A DNA stretch of 64,000 nucleotides, taken from assembly GCA_965277715.1 (NCBI GenBank), contig OZ255836.1, positions 2,656,001 to 2,720,000 of the forward strand. Reading direction: 5' to 3'. Position numbers and translations under genes: made by a program. Below the pieces are notes generated by a model. The model worked only from the letters and a program-made list of their open reading frames with translations, searched no databases and was not told the DNA's origin. This document shows positions 19,967 through 30,830 of this stretch, piece by piece; position 1 is the stretch's first letter, and the number at the start of each line of letters is the position of its first letter. Origin of the DNA: Gammaproteobacteria bacterium. Lineage in GTDB: Bacteria > Pseudomonadota > Gammaproteobacteria > JBCCGL01.

Positions 19967-20123
19967 GAATGATTTTCCACTGAATTACCAAAGGGTGGAT
20001 CATAACAACTGTTGGGCTGGGTTGCCTTGTGGGTATCTGTTACATGGGCACAGTTATTTAGTGGTAGTCCGTGTAGTTAACGATATAGACTGAGCGCATA
20101 TTGTTTTTTTAACGGGTGTATCG

Positions 20124-20624
20124 ATGCCAGCTATTTACTATTTTGCTTATGGCTCGAACCTTTTCGAGCCGCGTATGCTTGGCCGTGTTGCCTCTGCCTC
20201 GGTGGTGACGACAGCCAGCGTGCCAGGTTATTGCCTGCGTTTTAATAAAAACGGGCAGGACGGTTCCGCGAAAGCAAATATGTGTTATACGGGGAAAAGC
20301 AGTGATGCTATTTGGGGTGCTGTCTACGCTATGGATACCGCTGAAAAGCCGGTTTTGGATGATATTGAAGGGAGTGAATACAAAACCCATTTCCTGGATA
20401 TAAACACCCGGCGGGGCGATAGCTTACAGGTCTATGCTTATATTGCCGAACAGGATGTCAGTGGAAAAAACCTACAGCCTCATACATGGTATCGGGATTT
20501 GGTTTTTGAGGGGGCGAAATCACATAATTTCCCCGGTGTTTATTGTGTGAAGATAGCGGCAGTGGAGGCGATAGAGGATATGGATAAACAGCGGGATGCC
20601 ATTAATCGATATGGGGTATTGTAG
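20124..20624 (+). CDS. Gamma-glutamylcyclotransferase-family protein
   Basis: YFAYGSNL, L.F.K...DGSAKAN, LDDIEG..Y. Confidence 0.8.
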   Translation: MPAIYYFAYGSNLFEPRMLGRVASASVVTTASVPGYCLRFNKNGQDGSAKANMCYTGKSSDAIWGAVYAMDTAEKPVLDDIEGSEYKTHFLDINTRRGDSLQVYAYIAEQDVSGKNLQPHTWYRDLVFEGAKSHNFPGVYCVKIAAVEAIEDMDKQRDAINRYGVL

Positions 20625-20719
20625 GTGAGTCTATGTTGAGAAAAATTTCCAAAACGTTGTTTAAGTATGTTCCGCTATGTTTCACCTTGCTGGCAGGAAT
20701 TTTGGAACACTGATGGTCT

Positions 20720-20752
20720 GTGCTCGCAGTAGATTCAACTGAGGAATTTAGG
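20720..20752. repeat. Partial MITE (right end)
   Basis: GTGCTCGCAGTAGATTCAACTGAGGAATTTAGG matches the copies ending at 25940, 26247 and 33043. Confidence 0.8.
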
Positions 20753-20861
20753 TTAATGAAAGAAATACAAGAAGAGGCCACCAAAAACGGATTAACCCAG
20801 GAAATTCTGGGCGGCATTTTGAACGAGTACCATCAAGAAAATTTAATCTAAAAAACCCGCA

Positions 20862-21335
20862 TCACAATAACAAATCCGATTCAATACGATGATAAATATC
20901 CGCCGCGTCAATCAAGGCATTAGCGGTCAATTCAGGCACACCATAGGCCTCAGTACACACACCGTGATTGCGCCGCACACTTTCCAGTAACAAATCGAAA
21001 TCACCGTCACCCGATAACAATATCACCGTGTCAATTTCTTGTGCGATTTGCATAACGTCGATGGTAATGCCCACGTCCCAATCACCTTTGGCGGAGCCGT
21101 CACTGCGCTGGATATACGGTTTGAGTTTTACCGTAAACCCTATTTTGTTCAGCGTGCTCTGGAATTGTTGCTGCCTGCTGTCACCACGGTCAATAGCGTA
21201 GGCAATGGCGGTGACTATTTCCCCTTCTGCACTGACACGCTGCCAAAATTTCCGGTAATTAAACTGGCGACGGTATGCCTGGCGGGTGGTGTAGTAAATG
21301 TTTTGTACATCGGCAAAAATGGCAATTTTTTTCAC
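20862..21335 (-). CDS. NYN/LabA (DUF88) domain protein
   Basis: IAIFADVQN, KGDWDVGITID, LLSGDGDF. Start trimmed to GTG 21335 to avoid overlap with rhlE. Confidence 0.88.
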   Translation of the reverse strand: MKKIAIFADVQNIYYTTRQAYRRQFNYRKFWQRVSAEGEIVTAIAYAIDRGDSRQQQFQSTLNKIGFTVKLKPYIQRSDGSAKGDWDVGITIDVMQIAQEIDTVILLSGDGDFDLLLESVRRNHGVCTEAYGVPELTANALIDAADIYHRIESDLLL

Positions 21336-21372
21336 AGTACTGGCTACAAGAATAAGTGCGTTGTCAGGGTTA

Positions 21373-22770
21373 TTAGGGTCTGTTTGCACCACGACTCTGA
21401 TGCCTGCGCCGCGATTGATTACCCGTGCCATCTGAGTTGCCCGTAGCCTGACTACGGGCACGCGTTGTTTGTTTGTGGTTGTTATTGGTTTTTTGGTTTC
21501 CACTCTGGCCTTGGCCTTGCCGATGGGTTTGCTGAGTTTGTGTACTAGCCTGGCCTTGTCTATTTCCTGCTTTTGGTTTTTTTGGCGGTCTATCACGCGG
21601 GGGGCGGCGCTGGTCCGGGCGTGATGCAGGCACGTCGTGAACGGGCTCAAACCCATCGATAATCTCACGTGGCAGTTGTTGGTTGGTGAGGCGTTCTATA
21701 TCGGTCAGTTGTCTGGATTCATCGGCGCTGACCAGCGAGATCGCCTGGCCTGTGGCCCCGGCGCGCCCGGTGCGGCCAATGCGGTGAACGTAGTCTTCGG
21801 TGACACTGGGCAGGTCAAAATTGACCACCTGCGGCAATTGATCAATGTCCAGCCCCCGTGCGGCTATATCGGTGGCGACTAAAATACGCGTGGCGCCGGA
21901 TTTAAAATCGGCCAGGGCTTTGGTGCGCGCACTTTGGCTTTTATTGCCATGAATCGCTGAGGCATTAATGCCTTCTGCTTCCAGGTAGCGCACCAGACGA
22001 TTGGCACCGTGCTTGGTTCTGGAAAAAACCAAGACCTGTCGCCATTTTTTATCGTTGATCAGTTGCGCGAGCAGTGCCGGTTTTTGCTTTTTATCCACCG
22101 GGTGAACCCACTGTTCCACGGTATTGGCGGCTGCGTTGCGCGGTGTCACGGAAATTTCGACGGGGTTGTTCACCAGACCTTTGGCCAGTTTGCGCACCTC
22201 ACCGGAAAATGTGGCTGAAAACATCAGCGTCTGGCGTTGTTTGGGTAAAATGGCCAGGATTTTCCGAATATCGTGGATAAAGCCCATGTCTAACATGCGG
22301 TCGGCTTCATCCAATACCAGCACTTCCAGTTGTTTGAATTTCACGGCATTTTGATTATATAGATCTAACAAACGCCCCGGTGTCGCCACCAATATATCGA
22401 CACCTTTGCGTAGCTGCATCATCTGTGGGTTTATCTTCACCCCACCAAACACAATTGTGGAGCGCAATGGCAAATGTTTGCCATAAGTCGCGACACTCTC
22501 ACCCACCTGGGCGGCCAGTTCACGCGTGGGGGTGAGTATCAATGCACGCGCCTGATTGGCCTGTGGGCGATCACCGGCGGATAAACGCTGCAGAATCGGC
22601 AGGGTAAACCCGGCGGTTTTGCCTGTGCCCGTTTGAGCGGCGGCCATAATGTCCTGGCCACCGATCACCAGGGGAATCGATTGGGCCTGAATGGGGGATG
22701 GAGTTGCATAACCCTGCTCGGCAATCGCCTGCAGGATGGGGGCGGATAAACCCAGAGAAGTAAAACGCAT
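21373..22770 (-). CDS. rhlE: DEAD-box RNA helicase RhlE
   Basis: [29 protein letters not shown]; basic C-terminal tail. Confidence 0.92.
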   Translation of the reverse strand: MRFTSLGLSAPILQAIAEQGYATPSPIQAQSIPLVIGGQDIMAAAQTGTGKTAGFTLPILQRLSAGDRPQANQARALILTPTRELAAQVGESVATYGKHLPLRSTIVFGGVKINPQMMQLRKGVDILVATPGRLLDLYNQNAVKFKQLEVLVLDEADRMLDMGFIHDIRKILAILPKQRQTLMFSATFSGEVRKLAKGLVNNPVEISVTPRNAAANTVEQWVHPVDKKQKPALLAQLINDKKWRQVLVFSRTKHGANRLVRYLEAEGINASAIHGNKSQSARTKALADFKSGATRILVATDIAARGLDIDQLPQVVNFDLPSVTEDYVHRIGRTGRAGATGQAISLVSADESRQLTDIERLTNQQLPREIIDGFEPVHDVPASRPDQRRPPRDRPPKKPKAGNRQGQASTQTQQTHRQGQGQSGNQKTNNNHKQTTRARSQATGNSDGTGNQSRRRHQSRGANRP

Positions 22771-22993
22771 AGAGTGGTGTCGAGGTTGTGTAACGTAAAG
22801 TGTTTGAGGTTAACCGGAGTTAATCAGACACGGGGGAGGCGATTAATCGTTTATCATGGGTAGAGCATGTTATATGCCGATCAGCGGCGGGCGCAGCTTA
22901 CAGTAACTTATAGTCTGGTGATATTATTTTATTGGTTAATTCTGATGGTTCGATTACGCCCTGAGCACACGAGGCCCGGTACATTACATTTAA

Positions 22994-23030
22994 CCTGAAT
23001 TCCGCAGTTGAGCCTACTGCGGAATTCAGG
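22994..23030. mobile_element. 37-bp minimal MITE with 5-bp target duplication
   Basis: TTTAA|CCTGAATTCCGCAGT-tgagcct-ACTGCGGAATTCAGG|TTTAA. Confidence 0.75.
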
Positions 23031-23047
23031 TTTAAGATGAGAATACA

Positions 23048-23500
23048 ATGAAGATATGGGTAGACGCCGATGCATGCCCGGTGGTGATTAAAGGTATTTT
23101 GTTCAAAGCCGCACAGCGCACCGGCATACAGCTAACCCTGGTCGCCAATCAGGCGCTGCGTATCCCGCCTGCCCACAATATCAAAATGCTGCAAGTCACC
23201 GCTGGCTTTGATGTCGCTGATAACGAAATCGTGAAACGGGTGGATGCGGGTGATCTGGTGATTACCGGTGATATTCCTCTGGCCGCAGAAGTCATCGAAA
23301 AAGGCGGTTATGCGCTCAATCCCCGTGGCGAACTTTACGCTGAAGAAACGATTAAAGCCCGCCTGAATATGCGGGATTTTATGGAGACTTTGCGGGCCAG
23401 TGGTATCGATACTGGTGGGCAGCCGACATTTAGTCAGGGTGACCGGCAGGCGTTTGCGAATAACCTGGATAGATTGCTTACCCGATTTGCGGGTAAATAA
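23048..23500 (+). CDS. YaiI/YqxD-family protein
   Basis: [30 protein letters not shown]. Confidence 0.93.
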   Translation: MKIWVDADACPVVIKGILFKAAQRTGIQLTLVANQALRIPPAHNIKMLQVTAGFDVADNEIVKRVDAGDLVITGDIPLAAEVIEKGGYALNPRGELYAEETIKARLNMRDFMETLRASGIDTGGQPTFSQGDRQAFANNLDRLLTRFAGK

Positions 23501-23584
23501 TTAAAGGGTAAATGGTGAAGGGTGATGCTACCGCCGAGGCCCCATGTATTTACCTGAATTCAAGTTAATCCATGGGGGGTAGGC

Positions 23585-25216
23585 TTATCCTTTGGCGACA
23601 AACTGGAGGGATTGGTGAACAGTACGCCTCACTTGTTTGAGCTTTAACGGTGAATTGATGAAGCGGTTTAAGGCGGCGACCAGGAGCGTGGCCTGGTGTG
23701 CAGGCAGTTCACGTATTTCCTCACGTGCGGCGATGACTATTTTTAGCCAATGCACCGAGACGATATATTCATCCTGGCCGTGATCAAGTACACGTGCCAG
23801 CAATGCCTGAATCGCCGCTTCATTATCACCGCAACCCCAGCGGTCGAGGTCGTATTCGGCGGTTGTGAAAGCGGCATTGCGCCCACTGAAACAGGCCATC
23901 TGTAATAAGCCCTGGGGCCATAGGGCCGGGAAGCGGCTGCATTGTTTGCGCACGGCATTGGCAAAGGTTATTCCATGAGTAAAGCTGAGCCACCCCACGT
24001 TGTTCGATACGGTGACATGCACTTTATCCTGGTGGGCTATATCAAAGCTCAATAGATTGACCGCATTGGCTTCCAGTAAAGCGCGGTAAATAGCCTCTGG
24101 TGGGGCGCCGCTGTTGTCGACAGTGGCATCGAGTGCTTTGTTGATGCCGCGTTGATGCCACAAGCGGGCATCCAGGGTTGTATTACCGCCTTCGCCCACC
24201 CTGTTTTCCGGTGCCCCTTTGCCCCAGTCGGCCAGAGCTGATGCGTAAGCGCGAAACTCCGGGATCTTGTCTTCACGGGCGGCAAAGATAAATTCCCGCA
24301 CCAATGACAACAGCAACGGTTCAGCAGTGTCTGAGCCGAGACGGCGAATCAAGTCCCCCGCTTTAGTAACATAAATTAATGCGTGGCCAAAATCGTTGTA
24401 ATGGGCCAATGCAGCCTGGGTCAGCGCGTGCTCAAAATCATCAAACTGCAACCCATCCCGTAACCCACCCCGAATCAAGGCGACAGCGGTCGGTTCATCC
24501 TCCTGTTCTATCGCCTGTAAAAATGCGGCCTGATTAAAGGCGAGGGCTTTATCGGTAAACGGATATTCAGGCTCACGCAATACATCAAACGCCGTGTGTG
24601 CCACACTCTCCAGCAGGCACACGAGCTGTGCCTCGTCATCACCGCTGTATTCATCATACAGCGCCAGCCAGTCTGCCATACCGGCATAGGCATGTGTCCA
24701 GCCAAACTCTATCCGCTGCCAGGACCACTGTATGCTTAAACGCACGGCATCCAGCGGATCACCGCCCAGTTGCACCAGCCGGGCAATTTCGCGGGCGATA
24801 CGGTCATAGGCGTGGTCATCAAACGCATCGCGCAGACTATCCGTAATCGCCGCATAGCGCACTTGATACGGTGGATCGGTAATATCGACCCACACCTCAT
24901 CGCCGCGCAGCTCAACGGGATAAACCCGCAGCCGGTCTCCGCCGTACAGGTTTTCACCGGTTTTCAAATTGAATTTCCAGTTGTGCCAATTGCACGTCAA
25001 TGTGCAATCGGGTGACACACTGCCTTCAGATAACGGATACCCCTCGTGTGGGCAGCGGTTATCACACGCCTGAACACCGTTGGGGGTATTAAACAACGCA
25101 ATCTGTTTACCCGCGACACGCGCCAGCAATGCGTTGGATTTTTGTAGCTCAGACAACGGCTTGGCAAAGTGCCAGGCGTTGTTATCGTCATTTTTCTCAT
25201 TGGTAGACGTATTCAT
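23585..25216 (-). CDS. Rieske [2Fe-2S] domain protein with a large uncharacterised helical C-terminal region
   Basis: CPHEGYPL...CNWHNWKF Rieske motif in the first ~110 aa. The remaining ~430 aa carry repeated His motifs (GWTHA, FGHALI, FTHGIT, SVHWLK). Confidence 0.8.
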   Translation of the reverse strand: MNTSTNEKNDDNNAWHFAKPLSELQKSNALLARVAGKQIALFNTPNGVQACDNRCPHEGYPLSEGSVSPDCTLTCNWHNWKFNLKTGENLYGGDRLRVYPVELRGDEVWVDITDPPYQVRYAAITDSLRDAFDDHAYDRIAREIARLVQLGGDPLDAVRLSIQWSWQRIEFGWTHAYAGMADWLALYDEYSGDDEAQLVCLLESVAHTAFDVLREPEYPFTDKALAFNQAAFLQAIEQEDEPTAVALIRGGLRDGLQFDDFEHALTQAALAHYNDFGHALIYVTKAGDLIRRLGSDTAEPLLLSLVREFIFAAREDKIPEFRAYASALADWGKGAPENRVGEGGNTTLDARLWHQRGINKALDATVDNSGAPPEAIYRALLEANAVNLLSFDIAHQDKVHVTVSNNVGWLSFTHGITFANAVRKQCSRFPALWPQGLLQMACFSGRNAAFTTAEYDLDRWGCGDNEAAIQALLARVLDHGQDEYIVSVHWLKIVIAAREEIRELPAHQATLLVAALNRFINSPLKLKQVRRTVHQSLQFVAKG

Positions 25217-25254
25217 AAGCGGCCCTTTTGGTTGTATTGTGTTGATTCGCGGCC

Positions 25255-25285
25255 AGTATAAAAGTTAAAGTTAACTTTAAGTCAA
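25255..25285 (-). promoter_or_regulatory. SoxR-type promoter with operator
   Basis: Minus strand TTGACT-19 bp-TATACT, with the perfect palindrome TTAAAGTTAACTTTAA (25265-25280) in the spacer, resembling the SoxR box CTCAAGTTAACTTGAG. Confidence 0.85.
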
Positions 25286-25305
25286 TACAAATAAGCGAAA
25301 TAAAT

Positions 25306-25773
25306 ATGAAAAAACCGGATGATTTTTTAACCATAGGCGAAACCGCTCAGCGAAGCGGTGTGGCTACCTCAACCCTGCGCTTCTACGAAACGCGGGGGCT
25401 GATTAAATCGGAGCGTGGTGCAGGAAACCAGCGGCGTTTTCATCGTTCGATGTTGCGCAGAATTTCTGTTATCCGCGTCGCGCAGACACTGGGGCTAAGC
25501 TTGCAGGATATTAGCGATGCGCTGACAACACTCCCGGATAAACGCACACCTACCCAAAAAGACTGGCAAAAACTCTCATCGACATGGCGCAAGCAGCTCG
25601 ATGAACGCATTGCCAATTTACAAAGACTGCGTGAAAAACTCACAGGGTGCATCGGCTGTGGCTGTTTATCACTAAAGCGGTGCGCGTTATATAACGCGGG
25701 TGACCACGCCGCCGCATCAGGGGCGGGGCCAAGGTATTTACTGGATGATGTATCGGATGAACACTATCCCTGA
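25306..25773 (+). CDS. soxR: Redox-sensitive transcriptional activator SoxR
   Basis: MerR HTH (RSGVATSTLRFYE) and CIGCGCLSLKRC 2Fe-2S motif. Confidence 0.96.
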   Translation: MKKPDDFLTIGETAQRSGVATSTLRFYETRGLIKSERGAGNQRRFHRSMLRRISVIRVAQTLGLSLQDISDALTTLPDKRTPTQKDWQKLSSTWRKQLDERIANLQRLREKLTGCIGCGCLSLKRCALYNAGDHAAASGAGPRYLLDDVSDEHYP

Positions 25774-25867
25774 CTGTTCTGATTGATCGTCCCCACAAGC
25801 GGAATACCATTAGCGCCTGACAGAATATAGACGGTTGTATGGTTTTCGGCATAAATGCCTTTCTTAA

Positions 25868-25940
25868 CTGAGATGCTGGTAAAAGCGCTTTAGATTCAGT
25901 GCATTAGGTGCTCGCAGTAGATTCAACTGCGGAATTTAGG
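25868..25940. repeat. Partial MITE (internal part + right end)
   Basis: CTGAGATGCTGGTAAAAGCGCTTTAGATTCAGTGCATTAGGTGCTCGCAGTAGATTCAACTGCGGAATTTAGG is nearly identical to 32971-33043. Confidence 0.85.
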
Positions 25941-26175
25941 TTCAAAGGGACATATATGGTCTACTCGTGCCTATCCCATTCTTGATCGAAATCGCATGGT
26001 CTGCAACAAAACCCGGTAGGCCGTTTCAGAAAACTCTGCTGCAAGGGACAAAAACCATTCGGCTCAAACTGCTCTTCATTTCCCATTGCAGGTTTAGGGC
26101 CTACATAACACCCGAGCTATTTTGTATCTTTTTTCAAGAAAAAACCCTTATTTAAGATACAATAGTATCTATTAT

Positions 26176-26247
26176 CCTAAATTCCGCAGTTGAATTGTAG
26201 CGAGGGCGTCTAAGGTGCTCGCAGTAGATTCGACTGCGGAATTTAGG
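26176..26247. mobile_element. 72-bp MITE with terminal inverted repeats and 5-bp target duplication
   Basis: ATTAT|CCTAAATTCCGCAGT...ACTGCGGAATTTAGG|ATTAT. Confidence 0.85.
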
Positions 26248-26274
26248 ATTATAACAACCCCTCTGGATGCCACT

Positions 26275-26553
26275 GTGTCATTGCTATCACTGCTTAGCCC
26301 CACCGATGTGCAACAACAACTCGCACTCTTTATACGACAAAAGCGCAAGCAATTAAAACTGTCCCGGCAACGCCTGGCCGAGCGCAGCACAGTACCAGCG
26401 CCCACAATCAAAAAATTCGAGACAACCGGACAGATATCCCTGCGCCAGTTTATTCTGCTGTGGCAATGTGTGGATAAGCTGGAACGGCTCAGCGATCTCA
26501 GCAAATCACCGCCGCATAGACCACGCAGTATCGATGAGGTACTCAGGCAATGA
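26275..26553 (+). CDS. XRE/HipB-like antitoxin
   Basis: RKQLKLSRQRLAERS.V...TIKKFETTGQISL HTH, overlapping hipA. Start moved to GTG 26275 because the longer ORF begins inside the MITE. Confidence 0.85.
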   Translation: MSLLSLLSPTDVQQQLALFIRQKRKQLKLSRQRLAERSTVPAPTIKKFETTGQISLRQFILLWQCVDKLERLSDLSKSPPHRPRSIDEVLRQ

Positions 26554-27836
26554 GCCACTTCACCCCAGTAGAAAAACTCACCGTATTGCGCCACCTTGCC
26601 AGCGGAGAAAGTGTGTTGGTTGGCGCGCTGGCGCAAAACGCAAAAACGGTGTTCTTTCAATACGATGCCAATTATTTACAACAGTACTATAGCTTATCGC
26701 CCTTTCAGCTCCCTTTTGATCAGCAGCTACACGCAGCGCCCAGCACACCCCACGGGGGGTTACACGGAGCCTTTGCCGATTCGCTACCCGATGGTTGGGG
26801 CCTGTTGCTTATGAACAGGGTGTTTCGCCAACACGGCATTCCGCCACAACAACTGACCGCGATGGACCGGTTGGCCTATACCGGCAATCGGGCGATAGGC
26901 GCGCTGGAATACTCCCCCGCATCCGAGTACGCACCTAACGCGAAGGCCAATCAGATTAATGTTGCCAAAATAGGGGAGGCAGCCCAGGCTTTGTTTGAAG
27001 AGCGGGCCGACGAGTTACTGGCTCAGTTAGCTACTGCGGGTAGCTCAGGCGGTGCAAGACCCAAAGCGCAAATTTACCTGCACCCACAACAACCGCATCG
27101 CGCCAGTATAAATGCCCAGCCAGGCTTTGAACCCTGGCTGGTGAAATTCACCTCAGGCACCCTACCCCTGGCACACGAAGAGGGTTTGTGCGAAGCGGCT
27201 TATCTGACAATGGCGGCCAAGGCGGGTATTGAAGTACCTCAGTGGCAACTGTTATCAACCCCACAATCATCACAGGCTACTGCCTGGTTGGCATTGCGCC
27301 GCTTTGATTGCTCCCCTCAAGGGGGGCGCTACCACCTGCACAGCCTGTGTGGATTACTGGATGCCGATTTTCGTACCCCATCAATGGATTATCAGGATGT
27401 GATTAAAGCCAGCCAGGTGCTTTGCAACAGTCCACAAGTTGGCCAAAGTCAATTTGCCCGTGCTGTATTTAACCTATTTGCACTCAATCAGGATGACCAC
27501 AGCAAAAACTGGGCGTTTCTCCAGGAGGATAATGGCCAGTGGCGACCCAGCCCATTTTATGATGTTACGTTTAGCCCCAACCCATACAACGAACACGCAA
27601 CAGCTTTTCAGGGCTATGGAAAGAATCCACCCCTGAAAGCGATGCAGCAACTCGCCCGGCAGGCAAATTTTAGCCACTGGAAAAAAGCCCAAACATCCAT
27701 TGAAAAGGTACTTGAAGGGGTGAATCAATGGCATGAGGTAGCCCGCACGCTGGGGGTTAGCCAGAGCACGCGCAAATTGATTGCCACACAGTTAAATACT
27801 GTCTGGCAGGCCAACAAAGGGTTGTTGGGAAGATGA
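26550..27836 (+). CDS. HipA-family toxin kinase
   Basis: FADSLPDGWG, SSGGARPKA, LRRFD, NQDDHSKN, SPFYD. Confidence 0.92.
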   Translation: MSHFTPVEKLTVLRHLASGESVLVGALAQNAKTVFFQYDANYLQQYYSLSPFQLPFDQQLHAAPSTPHGGLHGAFADSLPDGWGLLLMNRVFRQHGIPPQQLTAMDRLAYTGNRAIGALEYSPASEYAPNAKANQINVAKIGEAAQALFEERADELLAQLATAGSSGGARPKAQIYLHPQQPHRASINAQPGFEPWLVKFTSGTLPLAHEEGLCEAAYLTMAAKAGIEVPQWQLLSTPQSSQATAWLALRRFDCSPQGGRYHLHSLCGLLDADFRTPSMDYQDVIKASQVLCNSPQVGQSQFARAVFNLFALNQDDHSKNWAFLQEDNGQWRPSPFYDVTFSPNPYNEHATAFQGYGKNPPLKAMQQLARQANFSHWKKAQTSIEKVLEGVNQWHEVARTLGVSQSTRKLIATQLNTVWQANKGLLGR

Positions 27837-27854
27837 GTCGCGCACCACTACCCA

Positions 27855-28805
27855 TCACCCCCGCCGTGCACGCCTGCGCAATACCTGCAAATAATCCTGT
27901 TTTGGCGCACGCACCAAATAACCGGGCACCACACTATCGATCGCCGTCGGTTGCGGTGTGCAATTGTCCCCACAAACACTATCCGTCTGGAGTGACAGAT
28001 AATTATCATAACTAAACGGCTTGCCTGGCATATGCCCCATAACAACCGCCTGTAGACGGGCAGCGGCATCAGGCAGACCAATAATCGACCGTTTCAAACC
28101 CAATGTCGCGGCGGTGTATTCCACCAACTGACGCAGGGTATAGATTTCAGGGCCACACAGGTCATAGCGGCGATTACCGGCCTGTGTATCAGCCAAATCT
28201 GCACAGAAGGCATTGACGACATCACCCACATAAACCGGCGCAAAGCGCGACTGCGGGCACGCCAGTGGAAACACCGGCATGATTTTCAGTAACCCGGCAA
28301 ATCGATTAAAAAAACTGTCACCCGGCCCAAAAACCACTGACGGGCGAAAACTGCTCACTTGTACACTATTGGCCGTATAGGTGAAGAGGTAATCCTCTGC
28401 CTCACCTTTGCTGCGCAGGTACTCGCTGCCACCGTTAACCGTATTGGCATGGAGGGCCGACATATGCAGGAGCCGACCAACCCGGCTCGCCTTGCACGCA
28501 TCGACGACCTTACGGGTTAACGCCACATGCGCCGTGCGAAAGGTCTGCTGGTGCTCACCTACCTCATTGAGGATACCAACCAGATTGATAACGGCATCAA
28601 CCCCCTGAAACTGTTCAAGTAAAGCTGCCGGATCGTGAATATCCGCCTCAAGCAGTTCAACTGTCGGCAGTACCAACAAGTGCCGATGCCGCTCGCGCCG
28701 ACGTGTGAGGACTTTAATGTGCGTGTATTGGCTGGCCAGTTGCGCCACCAGATGAGAGCCGATAAACCCACCGCCGCCCAGTACGCAGATAGAATTAATA
28801 CCCAT
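27855..28805 (-). CDS. NDUFA9-like NAD-dependent epimerase/dehydratase
   Basis: [31 protein letters not shown]. Confidence 0.88.
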   Translation of the reverse strand: MGINSICVLGGGGFIGSHLVAQLASQYTHIKVLTRRRERHRHLLVLPTVELLEADIHDPAALLEQFQGVDAVINLVGILNEVGEHQQTFRTAHVALTRKVVDACKASRVGRLLHMSALHANTVNGGSEYLRSKGEAEDYLFTYTANSVQVSSFRPSVVFGPGDSFFNRFAGLLKIMPVFPLACPQSRFAPVYVGDVVNAFCADLADTQAGNRRYDLCGPEIYTLRQLVEYTAATLGLKRSIIGLPDAAARLQAVVMGHMPGKPFSYDNYLSLQTDSVCGDNCTPQPTAIDSVVPGYLVRAPKQDYLQVLRRRARRG

Positions 28806-29078
28806 AGCTTAATAGTTCCCCGGTTAATAAGTGTACGCTCAATACCCACGCTCAATAGCAGGCACACAGCACCGTGCCACAACGGTAGCCTGACAGCGTA
28901 TCGGCCACGCATCTCAATTCATTATAGCGATACAAACACCCCGGTATACGGTGTTCAAACCGCGACTATTAACCATGCTTATAGGTGCAGTAATCATCTC
29001 TATTTGGCAGTGACTAAGCGAGGGGATATAGTCGCGCAACGATCTATTCCCCGCAACCGTGACGCTTTGGAGAAACCT

Positions 29079-30296
29079 TTGGCAGCACTTGTTAACCCGC
29101 ACGGTGGTGGCTCACTAAAGCCGCTGCTACTCGAAGGCGAGGCCTTACTGGCCGAACAAAGCCGTGCGCAAAGCCTGCCTAAAGTCAGTGTTTCATCACG
29201 CGAAGCGGGCGATTTGATTATGCTCGGTATCGGCGGATTCACACCGCTGGATGGCTTTATGTCACACGCTGACTGGCGCGGTGTGTGCGACACCATGCAA
29301 ACCGAAAATGGCCTGTTCTGGCCAATCCCGATTACGCTCTCCACCGATGCCACGACAGCAGACGGTATTGAAACAGGTGGTGATATCGCCTTGCACGACG
29401 GTGAATCGGGTGCGCTTATTGCCACAATGCGCGTCGATGAAAAATACCGTATCGACAAGGCACACGAGTGCACCACCGTTTACAAGACCACCGACACCCA
29501 GCACCCCGGTGTGGCGATGGTCATGGCGCAGGGTGATATCAACCTTGCCGGGCCAGTCAGGGTGCTGTCACAGGGCGGGTTCCCGGAAACCTACGGCGCG
29601 CTATTCAAAACCCCAGCCGAGACCCGCGCCGAGTTTAGCCGCCAGGGCTGGAGCCGCATCGCTGCGTTTCAAACGCGCAACCCGATGCACCGGTCACACG
29701 AATACCTGGCCAAGGTGGCCATCGAAATCTGCGACGGTGTGTTAATTCACTCCCTGCTGGGCAAACTGAAAGCGGGGGATATTCCCGCCGATGTCCGCTC
29801 TGCATCAATCGCCACACTGTGTGAAAACTACTTTGTCGATAACACCGTGATGCAGGCGGGGTATCCGCTGGATATGCGCTACGCTGGCCCACGCGAAGCA
29901 CTGTTGCACGCACTGTTCCGGCAAAACTACGGTTGTTCGCACTTGATCGTCGGCCGCGATCACGCAGGGGTTGGCGATTACTACGGCCCATTTGATGCGC
30001 ACCATATCTTCGATGAAATTCCCGAAGGGGCACTGGAAACCCAGGCACTGCGTATCGACTGGACATTCTGGTGCTACCAGTGTGGTGGCATGGCATCCAT
30101 GAAAACCTGCCCACACGAAGCACAGGATCGCCTGCTGTTATCCGGCACAAAATTGCGCAAAATGCTGTCGGAGGGCGAAGACCCACCCGCCGAATTCAGC
30201 CGCCCCGAAGTCGTCGCTATTTTGCAAAAATACTACGCCAGCCTCAGCGCTGAAGAAAACGTCGAAGTGAAGCTGGCCGGTCACTCCGGTCAGTGA
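29079..30296 (+). CDS. sat: Sulfate adenylyltransferase (dissimilatory type)
   Basis: [36 protein letters not shown] before TTG 29079 ([10 protein letters not shown]). Confidence 0.95.
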   Translation: MAALVNPHGGGSLKPLLLEGEALLAEQSRAQSLPKVSVSSREAGDLIMLGIGGFTPLDGFMSHADWRGVCDTMQTENGLFWPIPITLSTDATTADGIETGGDIALHDGESGALIATMRVDEKYRIDKAHECTTVYKTTDTQHPGVAMVMAQGDINLAGPVRVLSQGGFPETYGALFKTPAETRAEFSRQGWSRIAAFQTRNPMHRSHEYLAKVAIEICDGVLIHSLLGKLKAGDIPADVRSASIATLCENYFVDNTVMQAGYPLDMRYAGPREALLHALFRQNYGCSHLIVGRDHAGVGDYYGPFDAHHIFDEIPEGALETQALRIDWTFWCYQCGGMASMKTCPHEAQDRLLLSGTKLRKMLSEGEDPPAEFSRPEVVAILQKYYASLSAEENVEVKLAGHSGQ

Positions 30297-30351
30297 GTCA
30301 CCCCCATAAACCAATCAATCAATAAACCAACACAACACTGGGAGAACGCTA

Positions 30352-30819
30352 ATGCCAACATTTGTTCGCACCGAGAAGTGCGATGGCTGTAAAGGCCAGG
30401 ATAAAACAGCGTGCATGTATATATGCCCGCACGATTTAATGAAACTGGATAAAGACGGTAGCGAAACCGGCCATGCCATGAAAGCCTGGAACCAGGAACC
30501 TGAGCAGTGCTGGGAGTGTTACTCCTGCGTCAAGATCTGCCCACAAAATGCCATCGAAGTGCGCCACTACGCCGACATTGTACCGCTGGGCGGTTCAGTG
30601 CAGCCACTGCGCGGCACCGATTCGATTATGTGGACAATCAAATTCCGTAACGGCGGTATGAAACGCTTCAAATTCCCCATTCGCACCACCCCTGAAGGTT
30701 CGATTGATCCCTACGCCGGTAAAGCTGAGGCAGACCATGCCAACATCGAGCAACCGGGTTTCTTCACACAAGAAAACGGCTTTCGTGCGGGTGATCGCAG
30801 CGAATTGCTGCACTTATAA
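30352..30819 (+). CDS. aprB: Adenylylsulfate reductase beta subunit
   Basis: CDGCKGQDKTACMYICP and CWECYSCVKICP ferredoxin motifs; KFPIRTT. Confidence 0.97.
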   Translation: MPTFVRTEKCDGCKGQDKTACMYICPHDLMKLDKDGSETGHAMKAWNQEPEQCWECYSCVKICPQNAIEVRHYADIVPLGGSVQPLRGTDSIMWTIKFRNGGMKRFKFPIRTTPEGSIDPYAGKAEADHANIEQPGFFTQENGFRAGDRSELLHL

Positions 30820-30830
30820 GGAGCGCAATC

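Noticed and set aside
21336-21668. N-terminal extension of the NYN protein overlapping rhlE
   Set aside because: It is an alternative frame of the low-complexity rhlE tail; the NYN domain starts at VKKIAIFAD.
28635-29078. 148-aa N-terminal extension of Sat in the ORF track
   Set aside because: It overlaps the divergent NDUFA9-like gene. A good RBS and the typical Sat N-terminus (LVNPHGG) are at TTG 29079.
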